Of a DNA stretch of 27,840 nucleotides, positions 17,302-24,563 are shown piece by piece (position 1 is the first letter of the stretch; every line of letters begins with the position of its first letter). A model generated the notes under the pieces. That model searched no databases and was not told where the DNA came from. It saw only the letters and a list, made by a program, of their open reading frames with translations. The DNA comes from a virus (Duplodnaviria; Caudoviricetes). The stretch spans positions 1 to 27,840 of the IMG/VR virus record IMGVR_UViG_3300044724_001747; one strand, written 5' to 3'. The translations under genes and the position numbers were made by a program.

Positions 17302-17504
17302 TACTTATTTCTAGTCACAGAAATAATTTCTCCGTCACCAATAACCCCGGTAAGGCTGTGCTCTGTCGGGTCTAGTTGCAGTTCTGTGCATATAGATTGC
17401 ATAAGATCCGCGACAGTCCAATCTTCGTCCTTTCGATCAATGAACCATATTACAGGTTTATACCAATACGGCACATCGTCTGGAAGATGTATAGTAACTT
17501 TCAT
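17301..17504 (-). CDS. Small hypothetical protein, possibly ThiS/MoaD-like beta-grasp fold without C-terminal GG
   Basis: 67 aa; MKVTI...TVADLM...IGDGEIISV; stop overlaps the next start (TAATG); ATG lies 1 nt after the tRNA. Confidence 0.6.
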   Translation of the reverse strand: MKVTIHLPDDVPYWYKPVIWFIDRKDEDWTVADLMQSICTELQLDPTEHSLTGVIGDGEIISVTRNK

Positions 17505-17505
17505 A

Positions 17506-17578
17506 AGCTGACGGAGGGAATTGAACCCCCAACCTGTTGATTACAAATCAACTGCTCTGCCGATTGAGCTACGCCAGC
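17506..17578 (-). tRNA. tRNA-Thr(UGU), CCA not encoded
   Basis: GCTGGCG/CGTCAGC acceptor stem; GCTC/GAGC D-stem; GTTGA-TT-TGT-AA-TCAAC anticodon arm; GGGGG-TTCAATT-CCCTC T-arm; 73 nt. Confidence 0.96.
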
Positions 17579-17589
17579 AACCATACTAC

Positions 17590-18027
17590 TTAAACCTGAC
17601 GATATGTAATTGTCAGTGTCGCTGCACCAGTTGAGGGTACGCCCGTCTGAGTGACAGTAGCATATACAGTTACATCACTTGTGCCGACGTCAAGCAGGGC
17701 GACAGCCTGTGTGGCGTCTGGCGAAACCGTCGTGCGCCCCAAGGCTGCAGGGTTTGCGATGTCGCCGTATGCGTCAGGGTCAGCCAAAGTGCCGATCTCA
17801 CCCACAGGTGATGTCGAGTTCCAGACCTCAGTAACAGTAAAATACTGTTCAATGATCTCAGCGTTCGCCGGAAGCACGATGGTTGTGGCAACCGCGCTGG
17901 TTGCGTCGGGTGTATCAGCAAAGCCAATTGTAGCTGACTGCGACAAAACAACATTACCCGTATTGGTACCTGCGCCTTCTCGCACAGTACCAACCTTCAT
18001 CGGACCAGAAAAAGTAGTGGTCGCCAT
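17590..18027 (-). CDS. Conserved post-capsid virion protein (MATTTFSGP family; putative decoration/cement protein)
   Basis: 145 aa; MATTTFSGP...IVLPANAEI...GAATLTITYRQ; AAGGA RBS. Confidence 0.8.
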   Translation of the reverse strand: MATTTFSGPMKVGTVREGAGTNTGNVVLSQSATIGFADTPDATSAVATTIVLPANAEIIEQYFTVTEVWNSTSPVGEIGTLADPDAYGDIANPAALGRTTVSPDATQAVALLDVGTSDVTVYATVTQTGVPSTGAATLTITYRQV

Positions 18028-18037
18028 AATAATTTTT

Positions 18038-18109
18038 CCTTACGAGAGTTTTGTTCTAGCGTCTTCGTAAGCGTCTGCCGGGACAGTCGCTAGAACAGGA
18101 TTACCCGGA
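18038..18109 (-). ncRNA. Structured double-pseudoknot RNA downstream of the capsid gene, probably the Mu-gpT-DE-type motif
   Basis: Perfect 10-bp stem TGTTCTAGCG/CGCTAGAACA; inner CTGT/GCAG hairpin; CCGGG/CCCGG and CTTACGA/TCGTAAG pseudoknot pairings; located right after a Mu gpT-like gene. Confidence 0.75.
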
Positions 18110-18110
18110 T

Positions 18111-18155
18111 AACAAAAATGGGGTGGAGATGGCATCGTCGCCACCCCCACCCCAC
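18111..18155 (-). terminator. Rho-independent terminator after the major capsid gene
   Basis: 15-bp stem TGGGGTGGGGGTGGC/GCCATCTCCACCCCA (2 G-U pairs), 6-nt loop, followed by TTTTTGTT. Confidence 0.85.
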
Positions 18156-18169
18156 TTGTGCTACACCAC

Positions 18170-19075
18170 TCAGGCCCCCGGAGAACCCCAGATGCCGAGT
18201 GGGTCCGACACGCCGAAGCTGTAACGCTCACGGGCCTTGTACCGAACATTTCCGGTGTCGAAATCACCGTCCATGCTGGTCTCCATGCCCACTCGCGAGA
18301 AGTGCTTCATGCCGTTCGGAATGTCCGTCATCAGGAACCACGCATCCGGGTCTGTCAGATAGTGGTTCACAGCATGACCTTCCGGCACAACACCCATTAC
18401 GCGAAGCGAATTGATGTCGTTGTCAGCCGTACCGGGACGAAGCTCAGTCATCAGGATGCGATGAGCAACGAACTGGAGGTCGGACGGAATAATCAGCTTG
18501 CGGGGCTTGCAAGCAATGAGCAGACCGCGCTCATCTGTCCACTTGCTGATCTGGATAACTGCGGCCTCAAGAGATGTTTCGTTGAGGTCCACCGAAACAG
18601 CAGGACGGTTAGAGTTTGTGCCACCGCTAACAAGCGGGTGTGCCGTGCTGAACATGGTCACACCATCGCCTGACTGATATGTGTCGAAGCCGTTGTTAAG
18701 CGGCTCCATCGCCTTAACCTGCTTGGTGTGTGCCATGGCCCGAGCAAGCGCCTTGGTGTACCGAGCGGAAAGCGAGTCGTACAGATTGTCCTCCATGGCC
18801 TCTTCCGTAATCGAAAAGCCCATAGCAATCGTTTCATGGTTGTACCGCGCCACGAACGATTCCTGAGCAGCGTCATACGAAATAGCAGCGCCCTCACCCT
18901 TAACGGGTGCGGCACCAAAGCCAGAGAGTTTTACTTCTTCCTCAAAGGAGCGATCCGAGCTTTCTGCCTCGTAGACCTGAGTATGCTCTTCGTCGTAACG
19001 AGCGTACTCCATGCCAAACAGGGCGTTGAGTCCCGGCAGAAGCTCCTTGAGAAGCTGTGCGCGTGAAATAGCCAT
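18170..19075 (-). CDS. Major capsid protein (Mu gpT-like, HK97 fold)
   Basis: 301 aa; MAISRAQLLKELLPGLNALFG, KGEGAAISYD, GDGVTMFSTAHPL, DFDTGNVRYKARERYSFG motifs; GGAG RBS; followed by a terminator. Confidence 0.92.
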   Translation of the reverse strand: MAISRAQLLKELLPGLNALFGMEYARYDEEHTQVYEAESSDRSFEEEVKLSGFGAAPVKGEGAAISYDAAQESFVARYNHETIAMGFSITEEAMEDNLYDSLSARYTKALARAMAHTKQVKAMEPLNNGFDTYQSGDGVTMFSTAHPLVSGGTNSNRPAVSVDLNETSLEAAVIQISKWTDERGLLIACKPRKLIIPSDLQFVAHRILMTELRPGTADNDINSLRVMGVVPEGHAVNHYLTDPDAWFLMTDIPNGMKHFSRVGMETSMDGDFDTGNVRYKARERYSFGVSDPLGIWGSPGA

Positions 19076-19089
19076 TAGTCAATATCTCC

Positions 19090-19698
19090 TTATGCACCAG
19101 TGGCGTTGAGGTACTGGTGGTTCGACGTAGCGCCATCAGACGCAGCGTTGAACTTGACAATGACATCAGTAAAATCATCACCAATCGCACTATCAGGACC
19201 ATCAACAAAGTCGATGATACGGAGAGGGAATGTATTAGTTGCGGCGGGGGCATTTGCAGTCCCGCTGTCTACCGCAACCTTGGACTTACCAATGGTTGTA
19301 CTACCAGCAGTCTGAACTACCGCAGCGTTAAGGCCGCGTGTTGTCAGTGCAAGAGGCCCATCAGCCTGCATCTGCATAAGAACGTTCGGGTCGTCAAGGA
19401 CAAAAGCCTTAGCGTCCGAAGCCACTGTTCCAGCAGGCCACTGTGTGCTGAATGTAAGCTGACCCGAACCCGGATCAGTGTACTGGCAACCAAGAAAAAT
19501 GCCGCAAGTCGTCAGGGCAGCGTCACCCGTATCCTTTTCGACAGTTCCATCGGCAACCAGCTTAACGAAATCACCATTGAAAATGGCTGTCCCATACGCA
19601 CTGGCAATCTCAAGGAGTCGTGTCTTGCTCGTAAACGAGCCCGACGCGCTTAGAGTTCCAATGGGACGAGCGCCATATGGTGCTGCTGTACTCGCCAT
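19090..19698 (-). CDS. Putative capsid decoration/cement protein
   Basis: 202 aa immediately upstream of the capsid gene; APYGARPIG...IASAYGTAIFNGDFV...GIFLGCQYTDP. Confidence 0.65.
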   Translation of the reverse strand: MASTAAPYGARPIGTLSASGSFTSKTRLLEIASAYGTAIFNGDFVKLVADGTVEKDTGDAALTTCGIFLGCQYTDPGSGQLTFSTQWPAGTVASDAKAFVLDDPNVLMQMQADGPLALTTRGLNAAVVQTAGSTTIGKSKVAVDSGTANAPAATNTFPLRIIDFVDGPDSAIGDDFTDVIVKFNAASDGATSNHQYLNATGA

Positions 19699-19725
19699 AA
19701 TTATTACCTATAGATCAGGTGACCA

Positions 19726-20187
19726 TCAGTTTCCACCAAAGGTCACGTTCGTTTTCCTGTCAGGCGCGAAAACAGGCATCCGAGGATCGTTCTCGCGCAT
19801 GAAGTTATTGTCTACTGCCTGCATCTGGTCTTCTGCGCGCTTCCGGTAATACTCTTCCCGCTCTTTAACGAACTCTTCTGGAGATTTGCACAGAAGTAGT
19901 CCGCCAACCTCAATGGCTCCCTTCTTCCCCCACTCAGATCCATGATCGCTCATAATCTGTAGCTCGGGATGATCTTCAGCCTTGACGGGTTCCCAGCCTT
20001 CCCTGAAACGCTTTGATGCGTTGGTGTTGTCAGGCTGCCCAACCATGGACGTTCTGACCCAACGAAAGACCCAACCATCCTGCGGAGCAGGATCTGGAAG
20101 CACTGATGCGGGCTCCCAGTTCTTGCTGCGACTATTTGTTTCGCGGGTGTCGAGTCCGCGTGGTTCCCTAGATGCGCGAGTAGCCAT
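19726..20187 (-). CDS. Conserved phage head-module hypothetical protein
   Basis: 153 aa; GWVFRWVR...REGWEPV...IEVGGLLLCK pattern recurrent between scaffold and capsid genes. Confidence 0.8.
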   Translation of the reverse strand: MATRASREPRGLDTRETNSRSKNWEPASVLPDPAPQDGWVFRWVRTSMVGQPDNTNASKRFREGWEPVKAEDHPELQIMSDHGSEWGKKGAIEVGGLLLCKSPEEFVKEREEYYRKRAEDQMQAVDNNFMRENDPRMPVFAPDRKTNVTFGGN

Positions 20188-21185
20188 TAGGATGTTTCCT
20201 TTAGCAGTTGCGCCGCGTACTGCTGCGGCGTGAGACCCAATCTTTTCGCGAGACGTAACTGGGTCGCGGTTAGTGTGATTTTGCGTGGCGACCCCTTGGA
20301 ACCTCGCTTGGCCGGGGCGACCACGGAACTAGCCTTTGTGCGAGGTTGTTCATCTGAAAATTGATCTGGGAATACTTGACGCATCCTAGAATCAATTAAT
20401 TGATAGTACTCATCTGTGTCTGGGTCAACCCCATCAGATACAATCTTGTCATGCACACCATAAGCAAAGCTTGTCATCTCTGAATCAGACCCAAACCAAT
20501 CGTTCTTTTCTTGCCACTCAATAGCTTTAGGGTCAGGCTCAGGAACTTGGGGGTATTGGTGTTGCACAGGTTCGGGCTGCGCTTGTGAGGCATTTTGCTT
20601 CCACTCGTCAATAACCTTGTTATATGCAAGATGGTGTTGTGAGTGAGCAATCTGTGCATCGGTTAGGTTTTTCTGAGCGGTTGCGATTTGCTCAGGATCA
20701 CCTAATTCGTGTGCCGTCTTCAGCCTTTGTTCTGCAAAATTAACAGCAGCTTCGGTACCTGATTTGTTTTCTTTTGTTACTGCGCTCTGAGACATTTTAA
20801 CCAGATCCATAAGTCTCTGGTTTTCTTGGTGCATTTGCTGGGTAGCCCTGACAGCTTCCTCACTAAGTCGCTCAGCCACCTCTTTTGCTCTGCGCTCTTC
20901 GTGATACTCCCTGCGAAGTTTCTTAATTCGCTTTTCAACCCTACTGGAAACACTCTTTATTTCGTCAGGATTATTTTCTGAATTAGAAATTTCTGCATCA
21001 GGCTCTTCACTAGGTGCTTCCGAAGCATCGCGGATTTCTTCGGGGACAGCCGCTGGCTTGGTATAAGGCTTATCCTCTTCTGGTGTATCATCTACAAATT
21101 CGATTTCTACATCATCACCAAGCTCGGGTGCTGGAGATGTTACGTCATTGGTGATACCGAAGAACGCCTCTTCTTTTGTAGACAT
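20187..21185 (-). CDS. Capsid scaffolding protein
   Basis: 332 aa; acidic N-terminus, long coiled coil, PDPKA..W..KN.WFG, C-terminal LT..Q...AKRLG.....YA helix. Confidence 0.8.
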   Translation of the reverse strand: MSTKEEAFFGITNDVTSPAPELGDDVEIEFVDDTPEEDKPYTKPAAVPEEIRDASEAPSEEPDAEISNSENNPDEIKSVSSRVEKRIKKLRREYHEERRAKEVAERLSEEAVRATQQMHQENQRLMDLVKMSQSAVTKENKSGTEAAVNFAEQRLKTAHELGDPEQIATAQKNLTDAQIAHSQHHLAYNKVIDEWKQNASQAQPEPVQHQYPQVPEPDPKAIEWQEKNDWFGSDSEMTSFAYGVHDKIVSDGVDPDTDEYYQLIDSRMRQVFPDQFSDEQPRTKASSVVAPAKRGSKGSPRKITLTATQLRLAKRLGLTPQQYAAQLLKETS

Positions 21186-21187
21186 TA

Positions 21188-21577
21188 TTACGCCCTCTCA
21201 ATGCCGCGAGGATCTTCAACAACCGCTTCTACGGTGTCGTCATTAATCAGACGAAACTCCTTCCCGTGAATCTTGATTCGTGTGCCACTAAAGGCCCGGA
21301 AGACAACAAAGTCACCCTGTTGGCAGTATGGGCCGTTTGGGAATCTGTCTTTGTCCCGATAGGCATCAGACCCCATCGACATAACCCACCCTACTACTGT
21401 GGCGATCTGCTCTTCCTGCTGGTGCTTGGCAGACTTGATAATGCCGCCATCGGTTTTTTCATCAACCTCCGGCAAGGCGATAAGCAGCTTGTAGCCTTTT
21501 GGCTCTGGAAGCTGTGAGGCTGTTCGTGGTGCCTCTGTGTCAACATCTACTGTTCCTGCTTCTGCCGTAGCAGTCAT
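21188..21577 (-). CDS. groES: Phage-encoded GroES-like co-chaperonin
   Basis: PKGYKLLI...EKTDGGII...VG.V..MG...GDFV.F..FSGT.IKI.GKEFRLINDDTVEAVV; likely start is ATG at 21577 with AGAGGAG RBS (129 aa), not 21685. Confidence 0.9.
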   Translation of the reverse strand: MTATAEAGTVDVDTEAPRTASQLPEPKGYKLLIALPEVDEKTDGGIIKSAKHQQEEQIATVVGWVMSMGSDAYRDKDRFPNGPYCQQGDFVVFRAFSGTRIKIHGKEFRLINDDTVEAVVEDPRGIERA

Positions 21578-21622
21578 AACATCTCCTCTTTTTGCGCTAC
21601 GTAATAGCGATGGATACAACGA

Positions 21623-21700
21623 TGGACGCGCCCGGAATCGAACCGGGGTCCGCTCTGAACTTATTAAAGTTTTACAAAACGTCAAATCCCTTACGCGCCC
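21623..21700 (-). ncRNA. tmRNA-like RNA consisting only of the tRNA-like domain (mini-tmRNA, no tag ORF)
   Basis: GGGCGCG/CGCGUCC acceptor stem with G3·U70 and A73; stemless D-loop UAAGGGAUUUGA; P2 CGUUUUG/CAGAGCG capped by AACUU-UAAU-AAGUU; GAC linker; T-arm CCCGG-UUCGAUU-CCGGG. Confidence 0.85.
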
Positions 21701-21702
21701 TA

Positions 21703-21861
21703 TTACTTCTCGCGCTTATTAAACAAATCAAACAACACTCTAACTTTTTCCTGTAGCACTTCAATAGAAGAGTGCATTTTGGCTAACACTACGACGAGTG
21801 TTATGAGACCCAAAAAAACAGGCCATACGGAAGAAACAACTTCATATACATTTTTTTCCAT
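21703..21861 (-). CDS. Small single-TM plus coiled-coil membrane protein (52 aa, MEKNVYEVVSSVWPVFLGLITLVVVLAKMH...)
   Basis: Not in ORF track; fills the gap; hydrophobic WPVFLGLITLVVVLA followed by heptad IEVLQEKVRVLF. Confidence 0.8.
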   Translation of the reverse strand: MEKNVYEVVSSVWPVFLGLITLVVVLAKMHSSIEVLQEKVRVLFDLFNKREK

Positions 21862-21873
21862 AGGCCATTATGC

Positions 21874-22062
21874 TCACACAGGATCTTTAAGTTTTTCTTC
21901 TAGGTCTATAATTTCTCTTTCTACCCAAGCCAGACCTTCGATCATTCCAACCATTTGCCTGTACTGCTCAATACTTGTGCAAGTACCCACTGCCATTGCG
22001 TCGGCAATTTCATTCATCTGGTTTCTGATAGAGGACTTGAGGTAAGTCAGATATTCCATCAA
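21874..22062 (-). CDS. Conserved small post-portal protein
   Basis: 62 aa; G....EQYRQMVG.IEGL motif; overlaps the portal stop. Confidence 0.8.
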   Translation of the reverse strand: MMEYLTYLKSSIRNQMNEIADAMAVGTCTSIEQYRQMVGMIEGLAWVEREIIDLEEKLKDPV

Positions 22063-24461
22063 TCCATGGCGTCGAGAGTAATCTTGGCTTCTTCTAGGTC
22101 AAGCTTTTGTTCTTGAGTTTCTTCGTCTAGCGCAAGACGTTCTTCTGCGATTTGGGTGTCGGCAGCATCTTTCTGCACCTTGGCTGCCAGCTTCTGCTGT
22201 TCAAGTTGCATTTTCTGTTGGTCGGCCATCTGCTTGCGCTGGACTTCGGCGGCCCGGATGTCGATTTCCTGTTGGCGCTGTTGGATGATCGGGTCCTGTT
22301 GCTGCTGCTGAATCCGCTCCATTTCCTGCTGCTGCTGCTTCTTGCCAAGCAATTGACTTGCAGCCTCTGACACCAAGGTGCTGAGTCTTTTTTCAATATC
22401 AGCAGGCAACGGCTCACCCATCGGTGGCAACGGTGCGCCAAGCTCTTCTTCGATCTGACTGCGGAACAAGAAGCCCAAGTGCTCACTAACGTGGGCGTCA
22501 AGTGCTGCCAGCTTTGCCCCGCCAAGCTGTGTGTTCTGAACTTCCTGACCAAACTGAGGATCATTCTTCAATGTCATATGGACATTCAAGTGGGCCTGAT
22601 GGTCTTGCCACTCAAAAGATTTGACCGGCTTCATCGTGAGGATGTTTTGGTTTTCCGTAACAGGATCAACCGGAGTGCCTTCATCTTCAGACGGGACGAT
22701 CTTGTCGGCGTTCGGTATACCAATCAACTCCATCATTTGGCGATGAAGCATGGGTAGGTCGTAAAGACCCGGAGCTTGTGCAGCAAGCTGTAGTGCAGCT
22801 TGGTACTGCATCAACCTCTGAGACATTGTTGCTGCGTTGGGGTCGGATACGGGGGATACATCTACGCGGTCGTCAAAGTCGGCAACCTTGATTTCAGCTT
22901 CTTCTTCTGTTTGGTACGGATACGCGGGGTACGTGTGGTCGCGAATAATTCTTGCAAGAATCTTAAATTCTTTTTTAAGGCTGGCGTGAATCCTTGCCTG
23001 AATCGCAGACTGCACCTTCATGGCCCGCTCAAGAATGGCAAGCGTTGTACCTACGGGCGCATCTTGCCGCATGTCATCAATCTTCAGGTCTGCCATAGAA
23101 GCAAATCTGCGACCTTCTTCTACGATAGTGCCTAAAAGCTGATACAGAACGGATGACGGCTCTTTGTAGGGAAGGAACGTAATGTTGTCCCGAATAACTC
23201 CACCCGGAACATCTACATCCCTAAACTCTCCGGGCATAATAGGTGTGTCGTCACCCTTGATTCTTAGCCCTCGTGTTTTTAAGCCACCGGGTAAGTTAGA
23301 CAGGGTGCCAGCGTCTACGAGTTGACGGAGCAGGCTGGTAGCAGACTTTGCTAGTCCGCCGATCATGTGAATCAATCCAAGGTTGTAGAACCCGATTCCG
23401 GGCACATAACCATAATCAACAAAGTGTTCGACTTTCTTCCGGTTGGGATCAAGTTCGTCCCAGTTCCTGTAGATAGAAAGAATCTCAGAAGAGCCCTTGT
23501 CAATTGTAATTACATAAGGCAGTGCAATTCCGTCAGGGTCCTCAAATCCGGGAAGATCATAATCAACATGAATTTCAAGGAGTTGGTGGCGATCATCATC
23601 AGACCCTGAAAACGATACACCAGAAATTTCATCGTATTTGTCTTTGATTACGTCTGCCGCTGGCTCTGATGCAGTGAGTTCTACGTCACGATAAAAACCA
23701 CTAACCTGTAGCTTCCTGATGTAATTAGAGCTTCGATTCATTACATGGGTATAACGCTCTGCATTTTCTAGCGAAGACTCGTCATACGAGATAACAAAAT
23801 CTTCAGCCGGAACAAACATTGAGCACGGTCTGCCCAAGGTCGGATCGTAGTACACCTTCCTAAACGCAGCACCGGACAGCGGGAGACTAAACAACATCTT
23901 TTCCGTTTCTGCGCGGTACTCTGTCATTACTTCAAGCAATTGGTAGTTCATGTACTCCTGAACACGCTTTGCTTGGGAAATAGTTTCTGGTGTTGTCTGC
24001 CCCCATACTTTTGTTTTTACGGGACCTTTAGCAGGAAATATCTCCTGAATGGTTTGTGCCTGAAAACGGACAACCGCTTCGGACAACATTGGGTGGAATA
24101 CACCGCATGCTCCCGGCCATGGCGTTGAGCGATCTTCCATTTCAAGTCCAAGAAGATCAAGCCCTTCTTTGTAGGATTTCTCCCAATCAGACCTACTAGA
24201 CTTATCGTCCTTGAACATCTGCATCAACTTGGAGGCGCAATGCCCAAGCGTGCTGTCGTCAACGTACTCAGCAAGGTTCGCCGCAAACGGAATCTCACCA
24301 ACCTCTTCTTGGCCCCCATCAAAATCAAATGTCATGCCCCCATCATCTTCTTCGATGATAAGGGCTTCCATCATATCCTCTTCTGGGAACTCAATGTCGG
24401 TGTTTTCTGCCATTAGAATATCTTCTGGGAAGATTTCTGTAAGGCTTTTATCTACGGCCAT
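22059..24461 (-). CDS. Portal protein (P22-like type with long C-terminal coiled coil)
   Basis: 800 aa; SRSDWE...PWPGACGVFHP.L.EAVVRFQA...GPVKT; RQLVDAGTLSNLPGG; Q-rich C-terminal tail; downstream of terminase. Confidence 0.92.
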   Translation of the reverse strand: MAVDKSLTEIFPEDILMAENTDIEFPEEDMMEALIIEEDDGGMTFDFDGGQEEVGEIPFAANLAEYVDDSTLGHCASKLMQMFKDDKSSRSDWEKSYKEGLDLLGLEMEDRSTPWPGACGVFHPMLSEAVVRFQAQTIQEIFPAKGPVKTKVWGQTTPETISQAKRVQEYMNYQLLEVMTEYRAETEKMLFSLPLSGAAFRKVYYDPTLGRPCSMFVPAEDFVISYDESSLENAERYTHVMNRSSNYIRKLQVSGFYRDVELTASEPAADVIKDKYDEISGVSFSGSDDDRHQLLEIHVDYDLPGFEDPDGIALPYVITIDKGSSEILSIYRNWDELDPNRKKVEHFVDYGYVPGIGFYNLGLIHMIGGLAKSATSLLRQLVDAGTLSNLPGGLKTRGLRIKGDDTPIMPGEFRDVDVPGGVIRDNITFLPYKEPSSVLYQLLGTIVEEGRRFASMADLKIDDMRQDAPVGTTLAILERAMKVQSAIQARIHASLKKEFKILARIIRDHTYPAYPYQTEEEAEIKVADFDDRVDVSPVSDPNAATMSQRLMQYQAALQLAAQAPGLYDLPMLHRQMMELIGIPNADKIVPSEDEGTPVDPVTENQNILTMKPVKSFEWQDHQAHLNVHMTLKNDPQFGQEVQNTQLGGAKLAALDAHVSEHLGFLFRSQIEEELGAPLPPMGEPLPADIEKRLSTLVSEAASQLLGKKQQQQEMERIQQQQQDPIIQQRQQEIDIRAAEVQRKQMADQQKMQLEQQKLAAKVQKDAADTQIAEERLALDEETQEQKLDLEEAKITLDAMD

Positions 24462-24563
24462 AGTAATTATCTACTTATATACTTAACGGGTGGTTCAGTT
24501 ATGTAACCAAAGCCTTAAACGGCGTTTAGTCCTTGTCATACTTCTTACCGCATACCACACATC

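Noticed and set aside
18040-18267. Frameshift or readthrough extension of the capsid protein
   Set aside because: Readthrough of the TGA meets TAG after two further codons; the alternative-frame ORF crosses the terminator and RNA structure and is not protein-like
21655-21680. CU-UUA-AU read as an ochre-suppressor anticodon loop
   Set aside because: The flanks of that 7-nt loop do not pair. The stable fold is AACUU/AAGUU with a 4-nt loop, and there is no D-stem, which fits a tmRNA TLD rather than a tRNA
21578-21685. 36-aa N-terminal extension of GroES in the ORF track
   Set aside because: It runs through the tmRNA-like RNA; a strong AGAGGAG RBS supports the ATG at 21577
21400-21900. Permuted two-piece or full-length tmRNA
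   Set aside because: The acceptor strands are in normal order and P2 is closed locally; both flanks are occupied by protein genes, leaving no room for a tag ORF
22140-22345. CAG-rich low-complexity tract
   Set aside because: Explained by the Gln-rich coiled-coil tail of the portal protein
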